Shown here: positions 37,490 through 50,500 of the stretch, in pieces | How positions within the stretch are numbered: the first letter of the stretch is position 1 | Layout: each line of letters starts with the position of its first letter | From: Utricularia gibba | Lineage: Eukaryota > Plantae > Magnoliophyta | Direction: 5' to 3' | Assembly (NCBI GenBank): GCA_002189035.1 | Contig: CM007990.1 | Location: 3,534,001-3,598,000 of the forward strand | DNA: 64,000 nucleotides | Program-made: the position numbers and the translations under genes | The notes under the pieces: generated by a model | Database searches by the model: none | What the model saw: the letters and a program-made list of their open reading frames with translations, nothing else | What the model was told of the DNA's origin: nothing

Positions 37490-40400
37490 ATGACGCCGTC
37501 GGAGGTGGAGAGTGAGATAATTAAGCCACGGAATGATCAGAGAAGCTATCGGAGAATTATTTTGCCGAATAAACTCGAAGCCCTTCTCATCAGTGATCCG
37601 GAAACTGACAAGGTTTGAAAGTCAAAAACGGTTTTTTTTTTTGTCTTCTTTAACTGCTTTTGGTTAATTAGAGGTGTTTCTGTTGCAGTGCGCTGCTTCG
37701 ATGGATGTTCGTGTTGGGTCTTTTAGTGACCCGGAAGGACTTGAGGGACTGGCGCACTTTCTTGGTGAGAGTTTCATTTATTGGTTTTTTTTTTTTTTCA
37801 TTTCAGCTTAATGGGTAATCAGTGATTGGGTTCCGTATCCGGTGTTAACATTGCGAAGTATTTGGTGATAAAAGTGCGGCTAGTGAGTGTGCTGTTATGT
37901 TTGAGGCGTTTTGAAGTTCCATAGAATCTTGCCATATACGATAAATGAAATTCCGTGTTTCGGTTAAAAAAGATCGTTGAAAAAGATTGTTCTCTTAACG
38001 TCATTAAGTTAAATGTGTGATTGGATTTCAGAGCATATGCTTTTCTATGCAAGTGAAAAATACCCATTGGAGGACAGTTACTCAAAGTACATCACTGAGG
38101 TACTTTGACTGAGTGGTACCTTACTCTTCGTCTTTCTGCTCCTCCTTTTTAACCTACATTATCTATATTTTTACTACGGCTGACGGAGCCAAGGTCTTCT
38201 AATTTGGATGAACGGTTAATGATCTCTCCTCATGTAAATCATATATTTTGTTTAGCATGGAGGCGCTACTAATGCCTTTACAGCTTCTGAGCACACCAAC
38301 TACCACTTTGATATCAACCCAGATTGTTTTGAAGAAGCTTTGGACAGGTGTGGCTTATATTTACTATTTTTGAACAATATTGTAAGAGATTTGCCATGTA
38401 TGGAATTCTTAATGCTGCATGATGTTCAGATTTTCTCAGTTTTTCATAAAGCCCTTGATGTCAGCTGATGCTACGATGAGGGAAATAAAGGCAGTAGATT
38501 CCGGTTGGTAACTGATGTATCATATTGTCTGTCCACTTCATTTCTTCTTGATCTAATTTTAATTATCCCTTTTGCTTCGGTTTCTTGTTTACAGAAAATC
38601 AAAAGAATTTACTTTCAGATAGTTGGAGAATGCATCAGGTCTATTCTTCATTGCACTAGTGTTATAGACCCTCGAAGCCATTTAGTACTTCTTGGAGTTC
38701 ATGATACAACATAAATTTGATTTATAGCTTTTGTAAAACATTACTCATTGTAGTCAAAAAATGAAGCCTCATAACATTTTATGTGTCTCTGCTATTTTCT
38801 TGATTCTTGCCTGGAAACCTTAATCTGGTTTCATAGCATTTAGTAAATATTAACATGATAAAGGAGATTAATTCAAGCTGTTGTGTTTATTCATGCAGCT
38901 GGAGAAACATTTCAGTGATAAAAATCATCCATACCACAAGTTTGGCACAGGTTCACTGCACCACATATAGCCTGAGAGCTATGGCTGTTGCATATATATA
39001 TAACCTTTCAATTTCATTTTATATAAATCAATCCAGCTTTCTTTTTCATATCCAGAATATGTGTCTTTCAGTTTCATTCTGTGCCTTATTTTTATTCATT
39101 CATTACAAATATTGTACAAGCAATGTGACTTCGGCTTTTTTCCCTGTAATGTTAACCGTATTTCAACTAGGGAATTCAAACACTTTGGATGTCATTCCAA
39201 AAGAAAAAGGTCTTGATACAAGACACGAGCTTCTACAGTTCTACAGCAAGAACTATTCGGCCAATCTCATGCATCTTGTGGTGTACGGTAAAGGTAATAT
39301 GTGTGACTGTTTCAACTCGTTTTAATTTTTATAAACATCTCAAGTTGGATTTCTCTTCAGGAAATCTTGATGAGATTGAAAACCTGGTGAACCGTACGTT
39401 CCAAGATATTCAAAATAAAGACAGAACTTGCATGCAGTTCTTGGGTCAACCTTGTGACTTAAGTAGCCTTCAGGTATGAACCTAGAATTTATTTGCTTTT
39501 TCATCTTGATGCAGACTACATATGCTCATCTAAACGGATGACATTGGGGTGGAACTTTGAATTTCTACTCGCTTCATTCTAATGTATTTGAATCTGAAAT
39601 TTTTAATGGTTTTATCTTTTTTTTTAATCGCATCTTGAGGGACCTCAAATACCTTCCAAATTTTGTTTTTTTTTTTTAAATTTTTCATTTGTTGAATCAG
39701 ATTCTTGTAAAAGCTGTTCCAATTAAACAAGGCCACAAGTTGCGATTTGCATGGCCTGTAACACCTGAAATTCGCCACTACAAGGAAGGCAATTATAGAT
39801 ACATCGGTCATTTAATTGGCCATGAAGGAAAAGGATCGTTGTTCTATGTACTGAAAAAGTTAGGTGGGTGAACAATTTTTCGTTTTGTAATCTGTTTTCA
39901 GTGCCCTGTGATGTTTTCCTATTTTTTTTTTCGTTTGGATACGCTTTATTATAAATGAAGGTTTGATTAGGTATAATTTGTGTTATTAATCAAAGTACCA
40001 TTATTTGTTGTTAGTGTGTTGCCAGTTAAGTTTCTGGAATCATCGTTCTGCAATATTGCTGTTGTTTACTTTCTTTTTGGTTTCACCTCAAGCACGTGGA
40101 AGAACCTCCTAACACATCATTGTACTTGGTTTCTATGCTGAAATGTAGTTTTAGGAGAATGTTGCGTGTGCAGGTTGGGCAACTGGTTTATCAGCTGGTG
40201 AATCAGAATGGAGTTATGAGTTCTCCTTTTTCAAAGTTGTAATTGACCTTACAGATTCTGGCAATGGTAAGTGGAGAATGACGGTTGAAGACCTTTTTGG
40301 AATCTCCTTTGCTTCATGTATGGATTTACTCGCATTCACTATTGATTTTGTTTCCGTGATCATTCCAGATCACTTCCATGAAATCGTGGCATTGCTATTC

Positions 40401-43400
40401 AAATATATCCGCCTTCTTCAGCAGTCAGGTGCCTGTCAATGGATATTTGATGAGGTGAAACTCCAACATAGAATGGATGGGCATATGATATTTTCTTAGA
40501 GAATGCATTGAAGTGTACTTTTTTTTTCTTGGTCCATAAAACATGTTTTTTTAAAATTTTTCATGTGCTTTTCTTGATCCTCGGTAAAATGAGAATACTA
40601 TTAATTTACCATTTTTTGGTGCATAGACTACATTTGAACCAATCATCACCAACGTCACATTTTTTGATGTATCCAAGTCATTGTGGCAGAAGCTTATGTT
40701 CAATCCTGATTTTCTTAGAAAAAAATATGATAATTTGTTTAACCTTTTATATCACTTATTGAAACTTTTCATTTCATTCGTGAAGCTTTCAGCAATTTGC
40801 CAGACATCATTCCATTATCAAGACAAAATACGTCCTATTGACTATGTAACCTATCTTGCACTTAATATGCAGGTATAAGTTCTCTCCACCTATAGCTACA
40901 ATTAGGCAATTAATTTGATGAATTTGTTTAATTAGTGCCGCTGATCACTTGAGAATTTTTTTATTAGAATGATGAAGTGTAGATAATTAATATAGTTGTA
41001 TGTTGCCTTTTTTGTCCTATTTACTATTCTAGTTTTATCCTCCAAAAGATTGGCTTGTTGGGTCGTCACTGCCTTCGGAGTTCAATTCTGGAAATATAGA
41101 ATCTGCAATGAAAGAACTCAGCCTGGAAAATCTCAGGTGAATTGCATTGATTCATGGTTATTCTTTTTTTCCTTTATTGTGTGGGTGGGTGGGGGTGGAA
41201 GACCTCACTTCTGCTGTTTGGTCTACGATAGGCAATCTCCACAGCAGTTGAACCATGGAAAATGATTTTGATCATGTGGCAATTACGTGAGATCATTGCA
41301 TAAAACTTATCGAAGAATTTTCCTTATAAAAGTAGTTTAGATTATAGAAGAACACCAGCATTAAGCATGCTCAAGTTGGAGTAATTTTGGATAGGTGATC
41401 TCCCAGGGAAGTTTGCAAGTGTAAGTAAAATCATGAGGACAGAACTAAAGTTTATGAGATAACTAGTAGTGTTATCCTCCTTTTTTGTTTATGTTCAGGT
41501 ATGCTGCTAGGTACATAGCAGTAGTACTTGATCTCTGGCAAAGGTTTATAAAGTTCACAAAAACAGAGATAGGTTTACCCTATTTCTTTTGAAAATGCTC
41601 AGCTTCATATTTTTCTCATATTCATATGGCAGAATATTTTGGGAGTCGACAAAATTTGAAGGTCTAACAAATTTGACAGAACCTTGGTATGGAACAGAAT
41701 TCTGTGTTGAGAGACTAGATGCATCCGAAATTGAGGTAGGTCTCTTGATTTGTTTGTCTTCCAGATTTCAACTCTCCTTTCAAAAATTTTGTACTGTTGT
41801 GATTGAGATGTTCGGATTTTCTTTTTTTTTCTTCTTTTCTAGGAATGGATAAAGAACGCTCCTAATGAAGTCATGCATCTTCCAATCCCTAATGTGTTCA
41901 TCCCAACTGACCTTGCACTCAAGTCTGGTCCTCAGCAAGTAATCTCAACATTACTACATGACTATTACGTCCTCTTTTGTTGATTCTGTACATGAATCCT
42001 TGATTTATGTCCTTCTCAACAGATGAATTTGCCGTTTTTATTGCTGAAATCACAATATTCAAGATTGTGGTACAAACCGGATACAGCATTCTCCACCCCC
42101 AAGGCATATGTTAAGATAGATTTCAACTGTCCACATTCAGGAACCTCTCCAGAGTCAGAAATCCTAACTGAAATCTTTACTCGATTGTTGATGGATTACT
42201 TAAACGAGCATGGTAAGTTTTTTTTATGTTGGGATATTTTCATTTTATGCGTATGTTTTCCTTTGTTTTTTTTTTGGAACTGAATGTAAGGTGATTTTAT
42301 GCTGGCATAATCCAGCATATTATGCACAGGTTGCTGGTCTTCATTATGCAGTTAGAAATACTGACTTTGGTTTTCAGGTACTTTCTGCTAATATGTTTTG
42401 AATCTCACTTCTGGGAACCTTCATTTTCATGTAATTCTAATACTGAAGGTAGCCATTGCCTCAGTAGTTAGTTTAACTCGTTAAATATTTTGGCCTGTAT
42501 CTCACTATATACTTTTGGTTGACCAAATAAGTTAATGATACAAAATTCATTTCCACCTCACTCCAAGTGTTCTATGTGGCTCGTCTACTGTTTCCTTCGG
42601 CAATATGCACTTCAGATGCTTTCATGTTATTATGATATTTTCTTAAATTTGTGGTTTTTATGGCTTTTTCTTATAAGATTACTGTCGTGGGATATAGCCA
42701 CAAGCTGAAGACCTTATTGGATACTGTCATTAAATCTATTGCGGATTTTGAAGTCAAACCTGAAAGATTTTCTGTCATTAAGGTAAAAATTAATGCTTTT
42801 CAAGTCATTGCATCCTGTGGGGATAAGCTCACAAGAGTAGTTTGCCTCCACAGGAACAAGTTATGAAAGAATTGCAGAATTTTAAGGTCCAGCAGCCTTA
42901 TCAACAAGCAATGTATTACTGTTCATTGATACTGCACGACCTTGTATGGCCATGGAGTGATGAACTTGATGTTCTTCCGAGTCTTGAACCAGAAAACTTG
43001 AGTAGATTTTATCCTTTGATGTTATCAAGGATCTTCCTAGAGTGCTACATAGCAGGTTTTATTATCAACCAAGCATTGCTTTTTTTTAATTTATTGTGCA
43101 TTCATTCATCTGTTTGCTGCATCAAGATCAATTTACATGTTTTGAGTTGCTAATTTGTAGGGAATCTGAACACAAGTGAAGCGGAGTCTATCATCGTAAA
43201 CCTGGAAGGCATCTTCTTCAAGGGTTCAAAGCATATGTCTAAGGCTCTGTTTGCGTCGCAGTATATAACTAATAGAATCATCAAACTCGAGAGGGGAACG
43301 ACTTACATCTACAATGCTGAAGGGTTGAATCCAAGTGATGAAAACTCTGCCCTTGTTCGTTACCTTCAGGTAATGGCGCCTGCAAAAATATATCGGGATA

Positions 43401-44964
43401 TGTGCCATTTAAAACCCCACGCTTTATAACTATAGAGTTCCTTGAAATATCAGAAAAACAGGCAAAAAACGAGTTGCACAAACACTCATGATTTGTGCAG
43501 TAAGATTGCATGTGCCTCGATAAGAACATGTTGGGCTTTATGAATAGGCTCTATTCTATGCTGTTACTCTGTTTAATATTTATTGTGTGTGATTCTCCAT
43601 CTGTTACCTTCTGAAAACTTTTTATGTAATAACCCAAATAGTCTGCTTTTTTCTGGCCTCATAAGTGTTCCGTCGATATTCCTTGCAGTTTGGTTTAAGG
43701 AGAAATGACTTTGTTTTTTTGTTATCCAGTCAGCATTCTTTGAAATATATTAGCTTTTGTACCATATAAAGTGATACCTCATGGAACGTTCTCGCAAACG
43801 AATATATTTGAAGAGACTCTTTCCATGGATGGATTTGTTTGTGAAAACCTGTGTCAGAATATATTCCTGGTATGTTGTACATGACTTTCTGCCCTCCTTT
43901 GAGCGGTCTATGTTTGTGCAGGTACATGAAGACGATTTCAACTTTAACGTCAAACTTCAACTCTTCGCTCTCATAGCAAAGCAACCAGCTTTTCATCAGC
44001 TTAGATCCGTTGAGCAACTTGGTTACATTGCTGTACTTATGCAAAGGTATCATGATTTCATTTGGACTTTTTCAGCTCCTTGTTCGATATGTGTCCTCTT
44101 CTTCTTCTTCTCCTTTTTTTTTTTGGTCTGAGAAATGATACACTGTAGGAGTGATTCTGGTGTTCATGGTGTACAATTCATTGTTCAGTCAAGCGTCAAG
44201 GTACAAAGTCCATCATTGTTCAAAGTTGTTGAGTTTTGTGATTATGCATTTCAGTGACAGAGATCAACGATCTCTGTGCTACTTATTCATCAGGGTCCAG
44301 GGCATATCGATCAAAGAGTGGAATCATTTCTCAAGATGTTTGAGACTAAGCTCTATGAAATGTCTAGTCATGAATTCGAGGCAAGATAAGCATATGCATA
44401 CCTCTCAGTCTTCCATAGACCCCGACCCTATTAAGACCAATGTCTTGTGGCAATGGCTCTATGCTGACCTTCACCTGTGCATGAACAGAGCAATGTCAAT
44501 GCACTCATCAAAATGAAGCTTGAAAAGCACAAAAACTTACGAGAGGAGTCAGGTTTCTACTGGAGAGAGATCGACGATGGCACCTATAAATTCGACCGAA
44601 GAGAACGTGAGGTATGGATGTATGATGTGTGAGTTAGACATATGTTATGGAAAGCTTTTTGGGTATAGTTTTTCCAGGATTGATCAGAGTGTTGGGCACT
44701 GTTAACTTGCAGGTTGAAGTGCTGAAGCAGGTATCCCAAAAGGAATTGATAGATTTCTTTGAGGAGTACATAAAAGTTGGTTCACCCGGTAGGAAGGCAC
44801 TCAGTATTCGTGTCTACGCGAAGAACCATTCTTCGGATATGGCACAGCCGAGTGAAGGGAACAAGGAGAGCAATGTGGTGCAGATTGAAGATATCTTTAG
44901 TTTCAGAAAATCTATGCCTCTTTATGGCTCGTTCAAAGGCACCTTCGGGCTCCTGAAGCTGTGA
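37490..44964 (+). CDS. PXM16: Insulin-degrading enzyme-like zinc metalloprotease (M16A, insulysin/PXM16 type), 26 exons
   Basis: Exons read in frame from EIIKPRNDQRSYRRIILPN...ISDPETDK, through the inverted zinc motif HFLEH (split by intron 2) and HGGATNAFT, to FGLLKL*. No lesions seen. An alternative in-frame ATG lies at 37466. Confidence 0.95.
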
Positions 44965-45779
44965 AACTAAAAGGAGACCAGGAACTCCATCAATTGTCTC
45001 TCTCTCGTCATTCGTTACTGGCATCTCACTGATGGGCTTCCAAGGAAAGATGATATCCTCCTAGACAGAGACAGACAGCAGGGAGAAGGAGGAGAAAAAT
45101 CCAGTAGCTTCAATGGCATTGTATTTGTTGTTTCTGCATAAACAAGAAATAAGAAGCGCAAACAGAATGTGTATTCTATTCAGTAGATTAATCTTATTTA
45201 AGGTAACCACTGCCTCCCATTTCTTGTCCATTTATTCATTTTCATCGCATTACTCTCATTTTATCAAATTTTCACTCATGATATCTTTTTGGATAGTGTT
45301 ATTTAATATGGAAACTATGCCTATTAATTGTAGTGTCCCAATATAACCGTCACGGCATATTCTTTGTCATTTTTTATTATATTAATCATTATGTTAACAT
45401 AATTGGTGAAAAATTAAAGAAAGTATATAAAAATGAAACAAATAGGATAAACCCACTATAAAAAAGCAGGATAATAAATTCTAATAGTCTTTAGGCATTT
45501 CAGCATTTGCCACATTGGATCTTGTGTTCAACCCAATCATAGTCAAGAATTAATGTTCTTTTTATGGAAGTGGCGAAAAATAAGGTATCGGCAACAATAA
45601 CTTGCATTTGGTGCTATTGTCAGCAAAAAGTACCCGGTATAGACATGAGATATTTATAGAGTGTGAGGGAAGAAGGGATGAGAAAAATTGCAATCCCTCA
45701 GTAGAAAATACCGGAGGATGATAAAAACACACAAACACATGGAGTGGGTCCAACGTACTTCCACCACTTCATGATGTCT

Positions 45780-46500
45780 ATACTATTTTCCTTCAATTGA
45801 TTCAAAACAAAATTGCTTGATTGTGGCAATGATTAGGTTACTATAATTGATGGTATGAGTGAATCCAATTCCTTAAAACTAAACTCTACTGATATTTATT
45901 GCAAAGGAATCAATATACTTTGGAAAAGCTAAGTACATCCAAGTCAAATACCATGCCATCAAAGATTATGTCAAGCACAAGATCATCAAACTAAAATACA
46001 TTGAAAGTGAAAATTATCATGTGACTTCCTGAACAAATCTCTTGGAAGACAAACATTTGAAAATTTTAGGATACATTTAGGATTGATTAAGGAAGATAAA
46101 TATAAGAGTCTTATTAAGCTAGTCAATCGGGGAGTATTGGGAAGAATCGTCGGGATGGATATTCAAAGCTGCGAGGAAGAAGATGAATTGAAAGAAGTAC
46201 AGTTGTAAACGAAGATTGTACAAGAATGAAGATTGTGCCTTCATTTGATAGCAAATTAGACTGGTTAATTTATCCATATAGGCTATTATTTTTTGGTTGT
46301 ATTTTTGGCTTGTTTTTTGGTTCATGTAAAAGACCAATTATTAGGTATTTAAATATGGATGTTGTAGAGCTATAACTCATCATGTTTGATTCTTCAATTT
46401 GTAATGAAAGAAGTTTATTCTAAAGAGAAAATCTTCTTAAATTCCTCCTATTTTTTATATAAGTGTGTGTTAGTGTTAGATTCATATCTTGCATAATATT
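45780..46500 (+). mobile_element. Copia 3' remnant (RNase H end and LTR-like sequence)
   Basis: KAKYIQVKYHAIKDYVKHKIIKLKYIESE resembles the copia RNase H C-terminus and is followed by a purine-rich tract and LTR-like sequence. Confidence 0.55.
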
Positions 46501-47544
46501 TTTAGAAGAGCTTCAGTCTTGAAATTGCGGTGGCTTTAGCACCCACAAATCACAATTTCACATAAACAAATAAATAAGAAAATCTCTCCTCAATTTAAAT
46601 CCACACGCTTTTAGCCTTTTCTTTTAATAAAGAAATAACTCAATACTCGTTTGATTTGTTTTCCTTTGGCGGACGTGCATGCTCTCATTCCCGGCCCCTC
46701 GTGAATCCTCTTTCCTATTTTTGCCTTTCGTTGATTTCTTCTTTTCTGAAGAATATGGAGCGCCAGGTTTGTTTCATCTGTAGATTGGTTCAGCTATGAT
46801 GTCTCATTGTCAATCCATTTACTCGTTTTCCATTCTGGTTTCATGTTTATACGTGATATGATAATGCTTCCCTGATCTGGGGACTTTCCATCTTAGGTCA
46901 GGTTTGTTTGATTTATGATAATTTTGAGTGTTTGGTTTGCAACACGGGATGCCACCTTTTTCATGATCCCATAAACAATCAGGCTTTTTCATGCGTCATC
47001 TGTAGTCATTTCAGTTTTGGTCGGTAAAGGATTTGAGTAACTTGAACTCCTATCGCATTTAATCGCATAATGACCATGTCATTGGTGTCTCCCACGTTTG
47101 TATATTCTTTATGGGTTTGTACATTCTTGTGAAATAATGTGTATGTGGAGCTTTAACTTCGATGGTGGAAATGGAGACCTTCTTAGGTGGAATTGTTCGT
47201 TCTTTTACAGCTTTGTTGTTCTTAGATTTTTCGCCTCGATTTAAAGATTCTTAGGAAATCGTCTGATGCATATATCTTTCTTTCGTCAGTACTTTGCGAG
47301 TTAGATACTCTACCATGCAGATATCTTAGTTTTTCTGCCTCCTTTTTGTTATGGCTGAAACTAACGTTAAAGTTGTTTCACCAGCCATCACTTTGAAATG
47401 TTAGAACATTTTTTTCCTTTTATTGTTTTGATGATTTTCTAACTCTAGGTTGCCTCCTTTTCCAGTAGTTGTCTGTAGCTAGTTTGCTTTGGTTAGCACA
47501 ATTGTTGAGCTCTGTGACTTCTTGTGAGTGAGAAGCCTCCCGCT

Positions 47545-50500
47545 ATGTCTAGCTCCACAAAATCTCTGGAGCCTGCTTTTCACGGAGTAGGCCAGAAGGT
47601 GTATCCTTTCATGAAAGTCAATCATGGTTTGCCGTGCGTTTTCGAAATCAAAGTAGTTGTATTTCAAGTCTTTTTTTTTTCTGTGACTTCCGTCATTTGA
47701 ATCCACTTTCCCTGTTGCACTTAACGAAAAGCAAGAGGTACTGAAATCTGGAGGATTGAGAACTTCCAACCAGTGCCTTTACCAGTTTCCTGCTATGGTA
47801 AATTCTATTCCGGAGATTCATATATTATTCTTCAGGTGAACTACTTTATCTTTCCTGGTATAAGATCTTTCACTCATTTTTAATGTGAAGGATAAGTTTT
47901 GGGTTGTTATGTAACTAAATCCAATTGATTTTCGTTAATGCAGACAAGTCAAGGTAAGGGCGGTGCATATCTCTATGACATATACTTCTGGCTCGGTAAG
48001 GACACAAGCCAGGTGATGATCTTGTTCTGTTCCTTTACAATGTATTGCATTATCTGTCTTTTAGTATCATGGAAGCCGGGTTTAAAATCTTCCAGGATGA
48101 AGCTGGGACTGCAGCTATAAAATCTATTGAACTTGATGCAATTCTTGGTGGCCGTGCGGTACAACATCGAGAACTTCAAGGCCATGAATCTGAAAAGTTT
48201 TTATCGTATTTTAAACCATGCATCATACCTCTGGAAGGCGGTATTGCATCTGCATTTAAGAAACCTGAGGAAGAAGAGTTTGAAACACGGCTGTATATTT
48301 GTCGAGGAAAACGGGCTGCAAGGTTGAAGCAGGTTTGATAAAACATTTTAAATATTCCAGTATTATGAGTGTAATTGATTGGAAATAACTATATGTATCT
48401 GCACTCTCTTTCCTGCAGGTCCTATTTTCTCGTTCATCACTAAATCATGATGATGTTTTTATCCTTGATACCAAGGAGAAGATATATCAATTCAATGGCG
48501 AAAACTCCAATATCCAGGAAAGAGCCAAGGCATTAGAAGTAATTCAGTTCTTGAAGGATCAGTTTCATGGGGCACGTGTGATGTTGCCATAGTTGGTGAG
48601 TATCTGCATTGTTTAGGGTAGTGTTCGTTCACCTTCCCTTGATGTTTGTCATTCATTTCAACTGGATTCTGATGGTTTTCAATCGCTTATAAATGGCGTT
48701 GAAACTTCAGATGATGGAAAATTACAAGCTGAGACAGCTGGTGAATTCTGGGTCCTCTTTGGTGGGTTTGCTCCAATTGCAAGGAAGGTTGCTACCGATG
48801 AAGATATTATTCTCGAGAAGACCCATGCTCAACTCTATAGGTAGTATATAGAAAAAAAACACTTCTCTCAGCGTGTCATCATTTTCAGCGTTTTAGCCTA
48901 ATCACGCTTACCTTCTTTTAGAATTGTAGATGGTCTACTTGAGAGTGTAGATGGGGAGCTTTCTAAGTCGGTTCTGGAGAACAACAAGTGCTATTTGTTG
49001 GATTGTGGAATTGAGTTATTTGTTTGGATTGGCCGTGTAACTCAGGTTGATGAGAGAAAAGCAGCATCTAAAGCTGCAGAGGTGAGATGTCATTCCCGCA
49101 AGCGTAATTGAAAAATATATGAGAAATTAAATAATGATGTTTCAGGACTTCATAGCCAGCCAAAAGAAACCAAAGTCAACTCTCATAACTCGGCTTATTC
49201 AAGGATATGAGACTCATTCTTTCAAATTAAATTTTAGCTCATGGCCATCATCATCTACTCCTTCTGGTGCTGAGGAAGGAAGGGGAAAGGTGGCAGGTAG
49301 AGCGACCATCTATATTATTTTCATTCATATTTTGTTGAATCTTATATCAAATGATGCGATATTTTGTCTGGGAAAATGGTCAGCATTGCTAAAGCAGCAA
49401 GGCGGCAGTGCGAAGAGTAATAGTAAAAGTGCTCCTGTGAACGAAGAAATCCCTCCACTCCTTCAATGTGGCGGAAAAACAGAGGTATGATGTCATCCAT
49501 TTACCTTCCTATGCCTAACACAATGTCTAACTTGTTTTGATGCGTGGTCCTAGGTTTGGCGGATTGACTGTAGTTCGAAAATTCCAGTGCCTAATGAGGA
49601 CGTAGGCAAATTTTATTGTGGGGACTGCTATATTTTGCTATACACATACCATTCTCACGAAAGAAAAGAAGAGTACTTCTTGTGTTATTGGATTGGAAAG
49701 GACAGCACCAAGGTACAGTACTGTCACATCTTGCCACTTCGTGCATCATTTGGAAATGTTTAAGGCGCATATGCACAGAAGAGGATCACTGAACTCTTAC
49801 GATGTTCATCTAAAAAACATACATATCAATTTCAGGAGGATCAGCATGATGTTGTTCATTTGGCAACCAATATGCATAACTCACTTAAGGGAAGGCCAGT
49901 TCTGGTATGATAGGGACTTCGTGATTCATATTAGACAACAAACTATTTTAGAGGTGATGTAAAATATGCACCTTCCAGGGTAGGATATATGAAGGGAAAG
50001 AGCCCCCACAGTTTATTTCAATATTTGATCCTATGGTGGTTCTTAAGGTATCTTATAACTGCTCAAATTACTGAAAGAAAATTATATTGTCATTCACATC
50101 ACTGTATAAAATTTTATATACTAGAAACATTCATTATTTGAGATCTTTTTTCTTTTCTTACACTTAAAGGGTGGAATGAGCTCTGGGTACAAAAAGTATA
50201 TCGAAGAACAAGGTTTAAAGGATGAAACTTATGCTACTGATGGTGTGGCACTCATCCGTGTATCTGGAACTTCTGCATATAGCAAGAGAGCTGTTCAAGT
50301 TGAACCAGTGAGTCTTCTCTGTAGCTTGTACTTCTGAATAAATGTTCTAAGCTATATATCCCTTAGCGTAGAGCGTTCAAAACATTCCACAACTATTTTT
50401 TTAGCTCTAAGCTTCAGTGCAGCTGAAGGTACAGGATTCTTCGAGGGCAACTTGGAGACTTCAGTTTAACTTATTTTATTCTTATCGAGAGCTAATATTT

